The position numbers were made by a program, and so were the translations under genes. Positions 37,569-50,310 of a DNA stretch of 64,000 nucleotides are shown here, piece by piece. This DNA is from Octopus bimaculoides (taxonomy: Eukaryota), in NCBI RefSeq assembly GCF_001194135.2, contig NC_068986.1:44066390-44130389 (forward strand). Direction: 5' to 3'. Below the pieces are notes generated by a model. That model did no database searches, was not told the DNA's origin, and saw only the letters and a program-made list of their open reading frames with translations. The first letter of the stretch is position 1; each line of letters opens with the position of its first letter.

Positions 37569-39147
37569 CAGTGGTTCCCAAACTTTTTCAGACTGCTGCC
37601 CTGTTGGCACCCAGGCCACATTCTTAACAGCACACACATACCACCACAAACATAGACCTCTTTCTCCTGTGAATTCAAAGCAACTGTATTTCCTAATTGA
37701 TCCATCATGAATCCACCCTAATTAATCCATTATTTTGTTGATTTTACAATATAAAAGATTAAATTTACATCTCACCTGTAACTACATTGTTTTCATATTT
37801 TTAATGTGATAGATATACATTGTGCAGAGATATCAGCTTTTCAATGTCTGGCTGAAAGGTACTAAGAAGTAAACTTAGATCTCTGTGTTCAGTAATTTTC
37901 AGTCTGATTCTTCACTTAGAAAGAAGCTAGGCAACTGCACTGAAGCCCCACTCTACAAGATATGATGTTGGGAAGGCAATAAAATACATCTTGACTTTGT
38001 CCCACACTGTTGGGTAGCAGTCTGAAATATCCTTTTGCAATCAAAAATCCTGACATGATTTATTGAACTCTGGCCTCAGTTCAATATCATTTTAAAGTGA
38101 AACCAAATCTTCCTCCACTCTTCTTGTTTCCTCATTACTGATATCTAGGTATCACACAGACTGGTATTTTAATCAAAAATAAATATCCTGAAATCTGTCA
38201 GAAATGTCTCTATGCAGATGTAAACAAGACACTTGAATGTCATCTTCTGCAATGCACTTTATATTCTCCAATTCAGAGAGGCTTGGAAACAGAGAGTTGA
38301 TGACAGCTTATGTTACATTTGAATAGCTGTAACTTGGACAGAAATGTGGAGAGGGTTGATTTTACTCTGATAAGGTTTAACCTCATTTCCTTGCAGTTGC
38401 TAATTAACTTCATTGAACTTTGTGAATATATCTGTCATGTAAGCAATGTCATGCTCGATGTTTCTTGGTTCATCACAAAGAACAGAATAAGAATCTTGCA
38501 AGTATTCAACAACTTTTTTTAAAAAAGGGAATAGAAACTTTCAGGCTGTTTCCCTTTGTCAGCCATTGAACTTCTGTGTGCAACAACAAACATTCAAAAT
38601 CTTTACCATTCTCAGTACAGAGCTGTTGAAACAGTGAGGAATTATGAGCACATGCCTTGATTTTATTTACTGCTGTGATAACAATTTGTTAAATCTACCA
38701 CTTGGGTTATTTGCAACCAGATGTTACTTCTGGATTACTGAGTGCGCTGTAAACACATTAGGAATAACTTTTTCATTAAAATAATGAAGCTGCGATGACA
38801 ACTTACCATCGATGGTGTTCTATCTATTGCTCAAACACAAAATACTGACTTCTCTTTTGCATCTGTTTCAGTGGTTTTACAAATAATAGCTCTTTAACCA
38901 AACGTTAATCTTTGACAAAGCAAACATAAGCAAGAGACATACATTTATTGCTTGACAAAAAAGACTAACTTAACTGTAAGCTAAGTTTGGTAATTTTAAG
39001 AACGTTGCACAATATGTCTTCATTAGTAAACTTTTGAGGACTTTTTATATTTATTTTTGTTTTCTGTTCTTGAAATTAGTTTTCTTAAAACATTTTTCAG
39101 ATCGATTTAAACACCATCTCTTAGACTTGAGTGTACAATTGAAAAAC
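37569..39147 (-). mobile_element. hAT (Charlie/SCAND3-ZBED-like) transposase relic with 3' TIR
   Basis: LLLHTEVQWLTKG; AYMTDIFTKFNEVN*QLQG; LWDKVKMYFIAFPTSYLVEWGFSAV..QPDIEKLISLH. TIR CAGTGGTTCCCAAACT at 37569. Many stops and frameshifts. Confidence 0.92.
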
Positions 39148-39524
39148 NNNNNNNNNNNNNNNNNNNNNNNNNNNNNNNNNNNNNNNNNNNNNNNNNNNNN
39201 NNNNNNNNNNNNNNNNNNNNNNNNNNNNNNNNNNNNNNNNNNNNNNNNNNNNNNNNNNNNNNNNNNNNNNNNNNNNNNNNNNNNNNNNNNNNNNNNNNNN
39301 NNNNNNNNNNNNNNNNNNNNNNNNNNNNNNNNNNNNNNNNNNNNNNNNNNNNNNNNNNNNNNNNNNNNNNNNNTATAAACAAGGCTGTATTTTGATGTAT
39401 ATAATGCCTGAGTTCAATGCAAATCAATTCATGTTAAAAAAACTCCAACTGCATAACAGATTTCAAACTCATAAATATAATGACACTAAAAATATAAAAA
39501 TAAAAATGAAATTATTTTACTAAC

Positions 39525-39601
39525 CTCCTTTTAGAGTTTGAATTATTTACCATTTCAATTTGTGTAACATTATAGTCCCAAAATAATGCATTCAACTCGC
39601 C
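39525..39601 (-). CDS. RRM2 middle exon (phase 0 to 2)
   Basis: AAATATTTTCAG| ... GGAG|GTTAGT. Encodes GELNALFWDYNVTQIEMVNNSNSKR. Confidence 0.88.
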
Positions 39602-40765
39602 CTGAAAATATTTGAAAAATAACACCATGTTTGAACACTGACGTGAAAAAAAATTCAAAATACATACATATATATAAAATGAGCAGTGTTAGTATTTCCA
39701 TTTATGTAAATATGAATAAGTTTTGATACTATTTTTCTTTTTAAATTACTTTTTTTAGAATGTATTTTATGTATTTTTTTTTGTGAAAAACCATCTATTA
39801 TTTTTAGTTATGTCACACTTGTATTATGAATCCATTCTCTTAGCCTTTCATTGATTTAAACTAGATATTAGGTTCTCATCCTTTTGTATCAAATAACACA
39901 TGGGACATCTTATTTTCAGTTAACTTTCTGTCAGCTTCCAGAGCATTGTAGCATTAATGAAAAATAAAACGGTATAATTATACAAAACGATGAATCGATA
40001 AATGCATACACAGACACAGATGGATGCAAAAATGAATTACTGGTTGGAAAGATGAAAGGCATAATGAAAGGGAAATATCAGCTTTAACATTTTTTTTACT
40101 CCAAACAAGTTATAATATAGCCCAGAATGCTCATTTGTAAAGTATTTGCAGTACTAAAAAAGAAAAACTATATTATTTACAAGATAAATGTCAATGTACA
40201 GTCCTTGTACTGTTAATTTGTGATTGACTATCCAGTAAGTAAGAATTGTGTTACAATACGCTCAAGTGGTAAACTGGATTAAAACCTTAGCTAACAACAT
40301 TAACGCTTCAGCATTTAAACTGACCGTATCTGGCCTAAATATTCTACCTATTTTAAGTTAAAACTGGCCAGATTCAGACTTTCACATCTCCACTGCAATG
40401 TCATTCTAAAAATAAATAATCCCATCTTTGAAATCTCAAAGCTACAAGATAATACAGGATTAATTTTTTTTTAAATGTGAATAAATAAGCATTACATTTG
40501 ACAGAGTAATATGAATGCTAAAGGGTTAATGATTAAAGACTTAAATAGTCAAAACCAACTATGAAAATGAATAGCAGTGAAGCAAACAAATGACAAGTAC
40601 TTGTGAATGATAGCAGCCAATGGAAAATATGAAGTTCTCTAAGACTGAAACAGAAATACTAAAAGTTTGGGGTTTATCAACAGTTAAACCTCATTTAATC
40701 CATTAAGAAAATGATAATAAAGTTGAGGACAATGAAAGCAATATCATTATTGAGCTGTAACGTAC

Positions 40766-41001
40766 CTTTGTAGTTCCAATTGGAAAATTACCAACCAACA
40801 GTGCTATATGCGCATTTGATTTACTTGAACTAGTATCATTGCACTTAGCATTAGTGCTTAAGTGGTTTTGCTTAGATGAATTAGCTACTGCACGACCAAA
40901 TCCATTCGTTATAGCTCCACCAGAAAACTTGTTTAACTTTTTTGTGTTAACTACAGATTTTTGTTTATACTTATTTCGACTGTTGAAAATACTCGAACGA
41001 T
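40766..41001 (-). CDS. Linker plus RRM2 RNP2 exon (phase 1 to 0)
   Basis: TATTTATTACAG| ... AAAG|GTACGT. Ends ..HIALLVGNFPIGTTK (RNP2-like LxVGNxP). Confidence 0.88.
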
Positions 41002-42955
41002 CTGTAATAAATACAATAAACACCATATAAATGTTAACTAAAAAAAAAGAGCAATAATAATGCAATCAAAATGCAATTATTCTCAGTTTAAATGAGAAGA
41101 ATCACCATCCAAATGAGATCATTCATTATAAGTTTCTAAAATATTTTTTAAACAGACACTAAGCATTTGAGATTTAAATTTTTATTTTTGTCATTCATAC
41201 ATCCCTTTACACTGAGTGTTATCTTTTTATTTGTTGTTGCTACAATACATAAAATGCTACTGAATCCATATGAACAATCTTTAGAGATTTGATGTAACAA
41301 AGCAGATCCAGTTAATCCAACCCAACAGAGAGAAAATATGAAAACAAATATCAAAGTAATGGTAATGATCAATCATTCTGATGATAACTTGTCATTTACA
41401 ATTAGATCTACCTAATGTCTTATTCTTAAAATTTCACTTTTCAAGCTGAGAAAATCAATCTAACAGAAAATTTCATTGTGAGGGTTTTTGGGGTATCTTT
41501 CTATTTTTTTTTTTGTTTCTTATATAATGTTATATACTTTTTTTCATCGAACAGATATCTAATTTAGAATGCTAACAAGTTGAATATTATCACTGAGACT
41601 ACTTTCAATAGATATTTCTATTAAGCTTAACTTAAATACCCAATTTCTCTCTTGTTAAAGCTCACATTCTCTAATTTTGAAAATGACCACACAATAAAAA
41701 AAAAAATTCTTCTTTGAAGTCCTTCAGTCAACATAATATTCTTGACAAGTTCAGCAAAGTTTTCAAACTGCTTCCTAAAATAAGTCTCTCAACTGAAAAT
41801 ACTGTATCCTGAAATTGAAAGTACACTTTTAATTCACTCATAACCATAAACGTTCTTTCTCTCAATATTACAAACTTCTAATTTATTGGCAAAAATGATA
41901 TCAACAATTCTCTTCAGTGCATGTTATAAAATTTTATACTTGCAAATATATTTCTTCCATTAAGACATTCAACTACATTTACAATATTCACAACCATTCA
42001 GAGAAAAGAACAAATAGAAGTTTCAGCCAACAAGTCTTTACAACTGTGAATATCTGAAGGCCTACCCATTAAAACAGTTCAATTAAATATTAAACCTGCT
42101 GTACATGAAATGATGATGAGAAGTGGTTCTTAATGAAAATATACCACAAACAACTTTTTTTGTTACCCCATATATATATATATATATANNNNNNNNNNNN
42201 NNNNNNNNNNNNNNNNNNNNNNNNNNNNNNNNNNNNNNNNNNNNNNNNNNNNNNNNNNNNNNNNNNNNNNNNNNNNNNNNNNNNNNNNNNNNNNNNNNNN
42301 NNNNNNNNNNNNNNNNNNNNNNNNNNNNNNNNNNNNNNNNNNNNNNNNNNNNNNNNNNNNNNNNNNNNNNNNNNNNNNNNNNNNNNNNNNNNNNNNNNNN
42401 NNNNNNNNNNNNNNNNNNNNNNNNNNNNNNNNNNNNNNNNNNNNNNNNNNNNNNNNNNNNNNNNNNNNNNNNNNNNNNNNNNNNNNNNNNNNNNNNNNNN
42501 NNNNNNNNNNNNNNNNNNNNNNNNNNNNNNNNNNNNNNNNNNNNNNNNNNNNNNNNNNNNNNNNNNNNNNNNNNNNNNNNNNNNNNNNNNNNNNNNNNNN
42601 NNNNNNNNNNNNNNNNNNNNNNNNNNNNNNNNNNNNNNNNNNNNNNNNNNNNNNNNNNNNNNNNNNNNNNNNNNNNNNNNNNNNNNNNNNNNNNNNNNNN
42701 NNNNNNNNNNNNNNNNNNNNNNNNNNNNNNNNNNNNNNNNNNNNNNNNNNNNNNNNNNNNNNNNNNNNNNNNNNNNNNNNNNNNNNNNNNNNNNNNNNNN
42801 NNNNNNNNNNNNNNNNNNNNNNNNNNNNNNNNNNNNNNNNNNNNNNNNNNNNNNNNNNNNNNNNNNNNNNNNNNNNNNNNNNNNNNNNNNNNNNNNNNNN
42901 NNNNNNNNNNNNNNNNNNNNAATAATACATACATACATATACATACATACATACA

Positions 42956-43019
<64 letters not shown>

Positions 43020-43072
43020 TGACACATACATGCACATGTGCACACAGACATACAGGCACACATAAGACTTAC

Positions 43073-43258
43073 AGGTACCTTGATGATCTGAACTGGTGGA
43101 ATCATGCTTGCAATCTTCCAACTTGGGCATCTCATTACCACTTGCAGAATGGCTATTTTTAGATTTGGAGAATTTGTTTACATCTCTCGAATCTGAATTT
43201 CCACTTATTTCAGAAACATTCTCAGCCTCTGATGTATCTCCATCATTGCCTTTTTTGT
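43073..43258 (-). CDS. Ser/Asp-rich linker exon (phase 1 to 1)
   Basis: CATTTCTGTTTTAG| ... ACCT|GTAAGT, with an alternative donor at 43079. Encodes NKKGNDGDTSEAENVSE...DHQGT. Confidence 0.85.
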
Positions 43259-43478
43259 CTAAAACAGAAATGAAATATCTTTTGTCAAGAAAATGTAAAA
43301 AAGAAAAAAAATGCTAATCCACAGGTTCAAACAGTATTAATCCCTTGTACATACATACAGCCATAATATCACTCTTTATAACTTTATCTCAAAAATTTTA
43401 ACAAGTACTTATTTTATCAAAACAATCCATAACAAAAGTCAGATGCAACCCCTGCTCACCGGGTACTGAATTAAATGC

Positions 43479-44183
43479 TTTATATGTATGAGTGTTTAAA
43501 AATTTATACACAGGGAGAAGACCCTTGAGAGGTCTTCTTACATGCTAAAAATGGCAGTTAAACCCAAACCGCGGAAAAAAGAATTCTTAAGGCACGCTGT
43601 TAATGGCACTAGAGTGAACAAAATAAAAAAAATTAGTTAATCCCATACTCGAGTTTCATTATTAATTACCAAAATAAATTAATTAATTTCACATCCGTAG
43701 CTTGTCAGTGGGATCACTAAAAAATACGTAATTATGTATCTTTAATACGTACTGAAAACAGGTGCGCAAGACAGCTCCATCTTTATACATTATGGATTCA
43801 AATTTAGTACACAAGCATAGTTAAATAGCCCAGCAGTATTTGACTACACTCATGCACTAAATTTGAATCCATAATGTATAAAGATGGAGCTGTCTTGTGC
43901 ATATGCTTTCGGTACGTATTAAAGATACATAATCATGTATTCTTTAATGATCCCACTGACAAGCTATGGATGCCAAATTAATTAATTTATTTAGTCATTA
44001 ATAGCGAAACTCAAGTATAGGATTAACTAATTTTTTTTTATTTTGTTCACTCTAGTGCCATTAACATTATGCCTTAAGAACTATTTTTCTGTGGTTTGGG
44101 TTTAATTGCCTTTTTTAGCATGTAAGAAATCCCGTCAAGGGTCTTCTCTCTGTGTATAAATCTTTATACACTCATATATAAAA
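43479..44183. mobile_element. ~700-bp foldback element (about 330-bp arms, about 45-nt spacer)
   Basis: For example CACAGGGAGAAGACCCTTGA / TCAAGGGTCTTCTCTCTGTG and AAGACAGCTCCATCTTTATACATTATGGATTCAAATTTAGT / its reverse complement. Confidence 0.92.
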
Positions 44184-44399
44184 ATATGTTATGTCTTATG
44201 ACTTATATTATGCATGCAAATGGTAATAAATTATTTTTATGTGGCACAAGCACAGGCAAGGGCAGTTTTGCCAAGGTTTTTACAGCCAGATGCCCTTCCG
44301 AACACCAACCAATTTGCAGTGTGGACTGGGTGTTTTTAAGTTGCACCTTCACTGACAGGGTCACCAAGTACTTGCAAGACAAAAACTTTTAAGAAGGGA

Positions 44400-45120
44400 G
44401 GTGATGATGAAATGGTTATAGTGAAACAGATACAAGTGTCTTGCTGAAAGTATAAGGTTACCCGGCTGGAGAGAGAAAGATCAGGAATGAAGACAGAAAC
44501 AAGTGTGCTACCGCAAAGTAAATACACAGTTGCCCAACCTGAGGGAAGTGCAGGAGAGAGAGAAAGTGGGAGACCACAGGATGGAGATGGTGGCAAAATG
44601 CCATGCATACTCACAAGGAACAGGGATCAGAGTATAAATGAGATGGTTGAGTAAAGGAAGAGAGATATAGAAAGTGGCAAGTGCTAGGGCATAGCCTTGA
44701 GGTTCAAATGCCATAATATAAGTGACAGGATATTGCAAAGGGAATGCAATTAAAGAGTGCAAGTAAGTGACGAAAGACCTGGATATATAGAGAGTTGGAG
44801 GGGCTACTGGATAGCAATGATACAGAGGAACAGGGATGTGAGGACAGGATTGGGGAGTGAGAGCTAGGTGTAGTGAATGAAGGAGGAAATCCAAGAAAGA
44901 GATGTAAATTGGTTTGTTTGGATAGGGTGAGGGAAAAGTATTCTTGTTATGTGTGGGTGGAAGACCAAGGTCAGGGGCTAGCAGAAGGCAATAATAGAGT
45001 AAGACATGGCATGTGGGTAGAATACATAGGCCGAGGGCAAACAGAGAGTAATGATACAGTGGCACTGGGCCGAGAGGATAAGATTGGGGATGAGGAGGTA
45101 ATCATAGTACATAAAGTGGA
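44400..45120 (-). mobile_element. Highly degenerate Penelope-like RT region
   Basis: ..LNHLIYTL..HGIL..TSLRLGNCVFTL.. loosely resembles PLE RT (LIFTMDV.SLYT.IPH..GL..LLRLAELVLTL). Confidence 0.4.
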
Positions 45121-45197
45121 AATGTGAGAAAGAGAAACACACACAAACACAAATTACACAGACTACAATAACAACAAAGCATTTTCATACAACTTAC

Positions 45198-45304
45198 TTT
45201 TAAATTTCCTTAGAACAAGTCGACGACCATTTAGTTCTTTGTCACGGTATAACTCTAAGGCTTTTCCTGCTTCTTCATTATTGATACATTTAGCCATTCC
45301 ATAT
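45198..45304 (-). CDS. RRM1 C-terminal exon (phase 2 to 1)
   Basis: TTTGTTATTTAG| ... AAAA|GTAAGT. Encodes YGMAKCINNEEAGKALELYRDKELNGRRLVLRKFK. Confidence 0.92.
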
Positions 45305-45439
45305 CTAAATAACAAAAAAAAAAAAAATTCTGAAATATTTTCTCGAATTTAAAAAAACTGATCACATACGAACCATCAGTTTGTCAAACCTCTTGTTTCA
45401 AACTTGTAAAGTCCAAAAATATGAGGAAGGCTTTAGTTT

Positions 45440-45850
45440 TAATGCATCCATCCATCTTTTCTGCCCACTATTCTGGGGAGGTTTGCAGAGGAAGAGTCTT
45501 CAGGCAACCCCTCCACAGGATCCTATCAGAAGCAACAACAGACTTTCCAGCTGGATCCTCAAGCTTGACCAACTGAGACTATGGATATTATCCAGCCATC
45601 TTATTCTTGATTTACTCTTAGATCTCTTGCTGGTTGACTCAGCTTGAAGAATCTGTCTTACAATCCTTTCCAGGGACATTCTAATTACATGCCCATAGTA
45701 TGGAGTTGTGACCTCTCAATGTAGAGAAGTAGCAGCTCAGTCTGGAGAGATTCCAGCGGTCAAGCAGTCTCTTCAGGTTGAGCAACAAACTCTGTCAAGT
45801 AACATTACTCCAGAGATCCTTCAGAGAAACCCCATTTCTGCCACATGTAT
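45440..45850 (-). mobile_element. RTE-clade LINE 3' end
   Basis: Degenerate ..SLLLNLKR..LVKLEDPAGKSVVASDRILWRGCLKTLPLQTSPE, similar to RTE C-termini. Confidence 0.65.
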
Positions 45851-46082
45851 TATTAATCAAAGAGAAAAATAAAAATAAAAACTCTATGGAAACTATCTTT
45901 TCCAATAAGACCACAAATGAAAATAGTAATAAAGTTAAATTCATTTCAGATAATATTGTATTACTTATCAGCCATCACTGCATTTAAGCAGTTAATAGTT
46001 GATATAGTAAGGCAAAAGCAAGTCAATGATGGTTGGCACATTACAGCAAGGTTCAAGACAATAAAAACTTTTTATGTGTATG

Positions 46083-46309
46083 TTAACCCTTTTAATACCA
46101 ATCTGCCCAAGACTGCTCTTGCTCTCTGATATAAATAGTCTGTTTTAAAGCTATTTAAATTAAAACTCCCATCAGAATTCCTTGTTAATTTATGTTCCAA
46201 ACACCAATTTGATAATGACAAGGTTATTTTACTAAATACATCATTCTTTTCAAAATTATTTGAAAAAAGGCAGTATATTTCAAGAGAAATTTATTAATGA
46301 AAGGGTTAA
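46083..46309. mobile_element. Third TTAA/CCCTTT MITE type
   Basis: TTAACCCTTT ... AAAGGGTTAA, with an internal sequence different from the main family. Confidence 0.7.
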
Positions 46310-46551
46310 AATAAGTTTCTCCTATATAATTGCTCAATTATAGTCACTACCCAGTTTGGAAAATGAAAATTGAAAACAGTTCCAGACAGAAAGACAGAAT
46401 AACTAATGGCATACCGGACCTAACCTGACTTGAGGTTTAACAGCAATAATAATCATGAAATATCATCTGTGAAATCCAATAGTTTATATCTACATCAACT
46501 TAACTTGTCTATCAACAAAATTCATCAATAAACCTTAAGAAGGTTACTTAC

Positions 46552-46622
46552 GTTTTAATTCCATTGTTAATCAGTTTTAATTCAACAATTTTCACTTCTG
46601 AAAAGAATTTTTCAATTTCTTC
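46552..46622 (-). CDS. RRM1 middle exon (phase 0 to 2)
   Basis: CTTTTAAATTTCAG| ... AAAC|GTAAGT. Encodes EEIEKFFSEVKIVELKLINNGIK. Confidence 0.92.
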
Positions 46623-47392
46623 CTGAAATTTAAAAGACAGAAAAAAAGCTTAATTAATCTGTTAATATGATGGATTTGGGGGTTATAATTTCAGTTGTTT
46701 GAATATCATTTTGTGATATTTTTAACATTCTTTTCATAATTGGAAATTAGTACTTGTTCCCTAGCCTGTAGTTTCAAGGTTTGTATCAATTGGAGGGGCC
46801 TATGTAACTGAATGTGTTCATAAAATGTATCTATATTATATAAGTACAGGCATGACTGGATGGTTAAGAAGTTTGCTTTTCAATCACATAGTTCCAGGTT
46901 CAGTACCACCGTATGACACTTTCAGTCAAATAGTCAATTAAGAGAGATACCTATTTTGATCTTGACTTTTGACATGATGAAATTTAATTTGTTCTGGAAA
47001 TTGTAACTAATCAAAATCTCTGTAGTTTAATAAGTGTGATGGAAAGGCAAGTTTTATAGTCACCCATTACACATTGACACATAATCATCATTTTACATCT
47101 ACTTTCCTTGTTCACAAGAGCTAGACTAGTCATTTGGGTGGGGTGGGGGAGCTACTACTCTCATAAACTGGTGCTCATGTATCATTTTGGTTTGGTTTCA
47201 ATGGCTGGATAGCCTCGTTATTGCAAACCATTTGACAGAGTGTTGTGGGTGCATTTTCTGAAGGTACCTGCACTAAAAAGGTTTGATAAGTCCTCTCACA
47301 AGCCTACATTTTCTCAGTTTATTTGCCATCCACTTCTGTATTGGGTGAAAATGATATAAAAACAAATAACAAACAAAATGATACTGCCTTAC

Positions 47393-47433
47393 AAAAAAAA
47401 TAGAAGCACATGTTTTTATCCAATATTTCTCAT
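47393..47433 (-). CDS. Probable RRM1 N-terminal exon (phase 1 to 0)
   Basis: TTTTGATAAATTTTAG| ... TTT|GTAAGG. Encodes DEKYWIKTCASIFF and bridges the phases exactly, but the RNP2 match is weak. Confidence 0.6.
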
Positions 47434-47576
47434 CTAAAATTTATCAAAAAAAAACACTTATCTTAATGAGTGATAGAGATGAATGGCAAAGTTAATACAA
47501 ACAGGAATTGAGCTCATAATATAATGAAATTCATCCTTTCACCGTTTAAAAAATAAAATGCTAGTTGCACCTTCTC

Positions 47577-47686
47577 CCAAAATCTGTGGCACTGAGCCAC
47601 AGATTTTGGAAGAGGGTGTCAGAACCAATGTAAGAAAGAGGGTGTCAGAACCAATGTAAGGAAGAGGGTGTCAGAACCAATGTAAG
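47577..47686. repeat. 14-bp perfect hairpin followed by 3 x 26-nt tandem repeat
   Basis: CCAAAATCTGTGGC actga GCCACAGATTTTGG, then (GAAGAGGGTGTCAGAACCAATGTAAG)x3. Confidence 0.92.
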
Positions 47687-48341
47687 GAAAAGAAACTAAA
47701 AGTACTAAAAGCATTTAATCTGGCACTGAACCATTTTTAAGAACTTGCTAACGCAAGTACCAGTAATATACTACAATTGATTCTATTGATTCTTCCTTCC
47801 ACTCCAAACAAAAACTGACTTTGTACTTAGTCAAAAGAAACCAATATTTTACAAATTAGCTCATTCAGAAGAATTGACATATTTTCCCTCAACATCTCTT
47901 TTACTTCAAACATTCTATGGTGAATATGAGGAAGAAATCTGATATGTTATACAATGATAGCTTGTTTTTGTGCAGTTGACTTATTGACAAAATGTGGTTT
48001 AGATAAACTCATTTAACTCACAGATAAACGTAAAAGAGAAAAAGATGGCAACATTAATCTGTGAGTGAAGTGATTTAACAAAAAGCACTTTACTAAAAAT
48101 TATTGACTCAATGCATCAAATAAACAATTCAATAATTACTAACAGTATCAAAACTTTGCAGAAGACATCAAACCTATAGGGGAAACAAAATATAAAAATA
48201 TTCAAGAAAAAAAAAGACTTAAAATATCAAATGATTAAAATCCTAAAGATGTAAAACTGAAAAATACATTTACACTTACTTGTGATATATTTGTTGGAAT
48301 ATTACCAATGTAGATTATATCTACAAAGACAAAAAAAAATT

Positions 48342-48374
<33 letters not shown>

Positions 48375-48465
48375 GTAATAAATAAAATCAACAGAAAGAC
48401 TATTAGATATGAAGAAAAATCCAATTGATAAACACATTCAATAGAAATCAATATTATCAATTTAC

Positions 48466-48520
48466 CTATTTTGCCTTCTTCTCCAGCTGTTAAAGCTCTG
48501 TAATGTATATCAGCACTCAT
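48466..48520 (-). CDS. Probable first coding exon MSADIHYRALTAGEEGKI (exon from 48542)
   Basis: Acceptor TTTCATCATTGTAG| at 48543/48542, ATG at 48520, donor ATAG|GTAAAT (phase 1). Confidence 0.65.
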
Positions 48521-49514
48521 GTTGAAATTACTGTCAGCAATACTACAATGATGAAAGAAAACAAAAAAGAAATGTATGAATATACCAAAAACACTTGGGT
48601 TAGTTTAAAAGCTCGTAAACAAACAAGTAAAAGTTTGTATTAATGCATTTGGTAAGTAAAAATTCCACCATTCATTGGGTAACTGGAACCATGAGGATTA
48701 TTCAAGAAAGGATACACTGAAGTGGGTTTCCTGTTGCTTTCTCCTTACCCATGGGAAGAAAAGATTTCAACATCAGAAGCTCACAAATTACTCATCAATT
48801 ATACAATATACCCACCACTGCTATTGATCCAATGCAAAGCTACTGGAACTAGACCATTAATAGTTAAGTACTTCTGCCAAGGACAGAGCGCAGAGTCAAT
48901 GATGGAATAGTCTGTCTAATTAATAGACCAGCATCCCTTATTGATTCAGCCAGTGGTAATTTTCAAAGCACTTGGGTATGAAATTTGTACTAGAAAATAT
49001 TGAAAACTTGATGTTAATTATTACATGAACACTACAAAGATATAATAGAATTTTGTTCTTTCAACAATCACATGCTGTACATTAAACCTTTGGCATTTAA
49101 ACCAATCATATCTGACCCAAATATTCTACTCGTTTTATGTTCAAAACCAGCCAGAACTGACCTCTCCCACCTCCCCTTCAATGTCATTCTAAAAATAAAC
49201 AATCACATCATTGAAATCTCTAAGTTGCAATATAGTGCATGATTAATTGAAAACAATGTGAATAAATAAGCATTACATTTAACAGAGTAATGTGAATGCC
49301 AAAGGGTTAAACTGTCAAGGCCTTAACACTTAGTTAATGTATGTAGTTTATGTCACCTTATATAAAAATGCTCAGCTCTTGTATACAATTTTACTATAAA
49401 TATGCTGTAACTAAATTTACAAAATCGGTTTAAACTAAAGAAATCTGTTTGAAAAACCTACAATGGAAAGTGACCAAATAAACGCTAGGAGTTGAACTAG
49501 TGTTGGTAAAAGTA

Positions 49515-49850
49515 AGAAATGACCCCCCCCCCCCTCGGTCATGACTGACCATGGGATTGCACCTAGAAAGTTCCTCTGCAAGGCACAAGTCCAGGCAAGA
49601 CTGTTTATGGAAGGCCATCAGTTGTCCATGCATACCAGCCTCCCCTCTCCACGCCACCAGTGTTATCCAAGGGAAAGACAAAGACCAATACAGCTTGGCA
49701 CCTGTGATGTCGCAACTCATTTCTACAGCTGAGTCAACTGGAGCAACATGAAATAAAGTGTCATGCTCAAGAACACAACACACAGCCTGGTTTGGGAACT
49801 GAGCTCACTACCTCATGATTGTGAGCCCAATGCTCTAACCACTGAGCCAC
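49515..49850 (-). mobile_element. tRNA-derived SINE, family E (partial copy at 29075-29215, +)
   Basis: GTGGCTCAGTGGTTAGAGCATTGGGCTCACAATCATGAGG head. Confidence 0.8.
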
Positions 49851-50164
49851 TCTTTAAAAGAAAGTGAAAAAAAGAAAGCAAGATAGCTGAATAGGCTGCA
49901 AATAAGGAACCTATGATACTGCTCTAAATCAAAGTAAAATATCTCAGAACTGGTTATAAAACCCACAATTAAATACAGTATATGAGAAAACTAAAGTGTC
50001 ACCCATCATATGATGGATTTATTTGGGAAGTATACTTTTGCCACCATGGGTAATATCAGGAAATATGATATAAATTTCTATTAAATTCCTTGGCACTTAT
50101 ACAAAATGATGAAATGTATATTAATCTTCAAAAGCAAAAATATTTATTACCTTAAAATTAATTT

Positions 50165-50310
50165 ATGTGTGTGGTACATGCATGAAACAACCACTCAGAA
50201 GATCTCCACTCAGTTGGATTAATGACATAAAGGGAATGAGACTGCAATGGAGGAGGGCAAGATCAAGAACAGAATGGATGAAATATTGTGGTCAGCAGAT
50301 TGAAAGCAAC
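50165..50310 (+). mobile_element. RTE-type LINE 3' end
   Basis: RRSPLSWINDIKG..WRRARSRTEW resembles GRP..RW.DDI..W...A..R..W. Confidence 0.55.

Noticed and set aside
43096-43317. Plus-strand ORF (also 40839-41030 and 38310-38522)
   Set aside because: These are antisense shadows of real exons or of the hAT transposase.
47609-47686. CRISPR-like 26-nt repeats
   Set aside because: There are no spacers or cas genes, and the context is eukaryotic.
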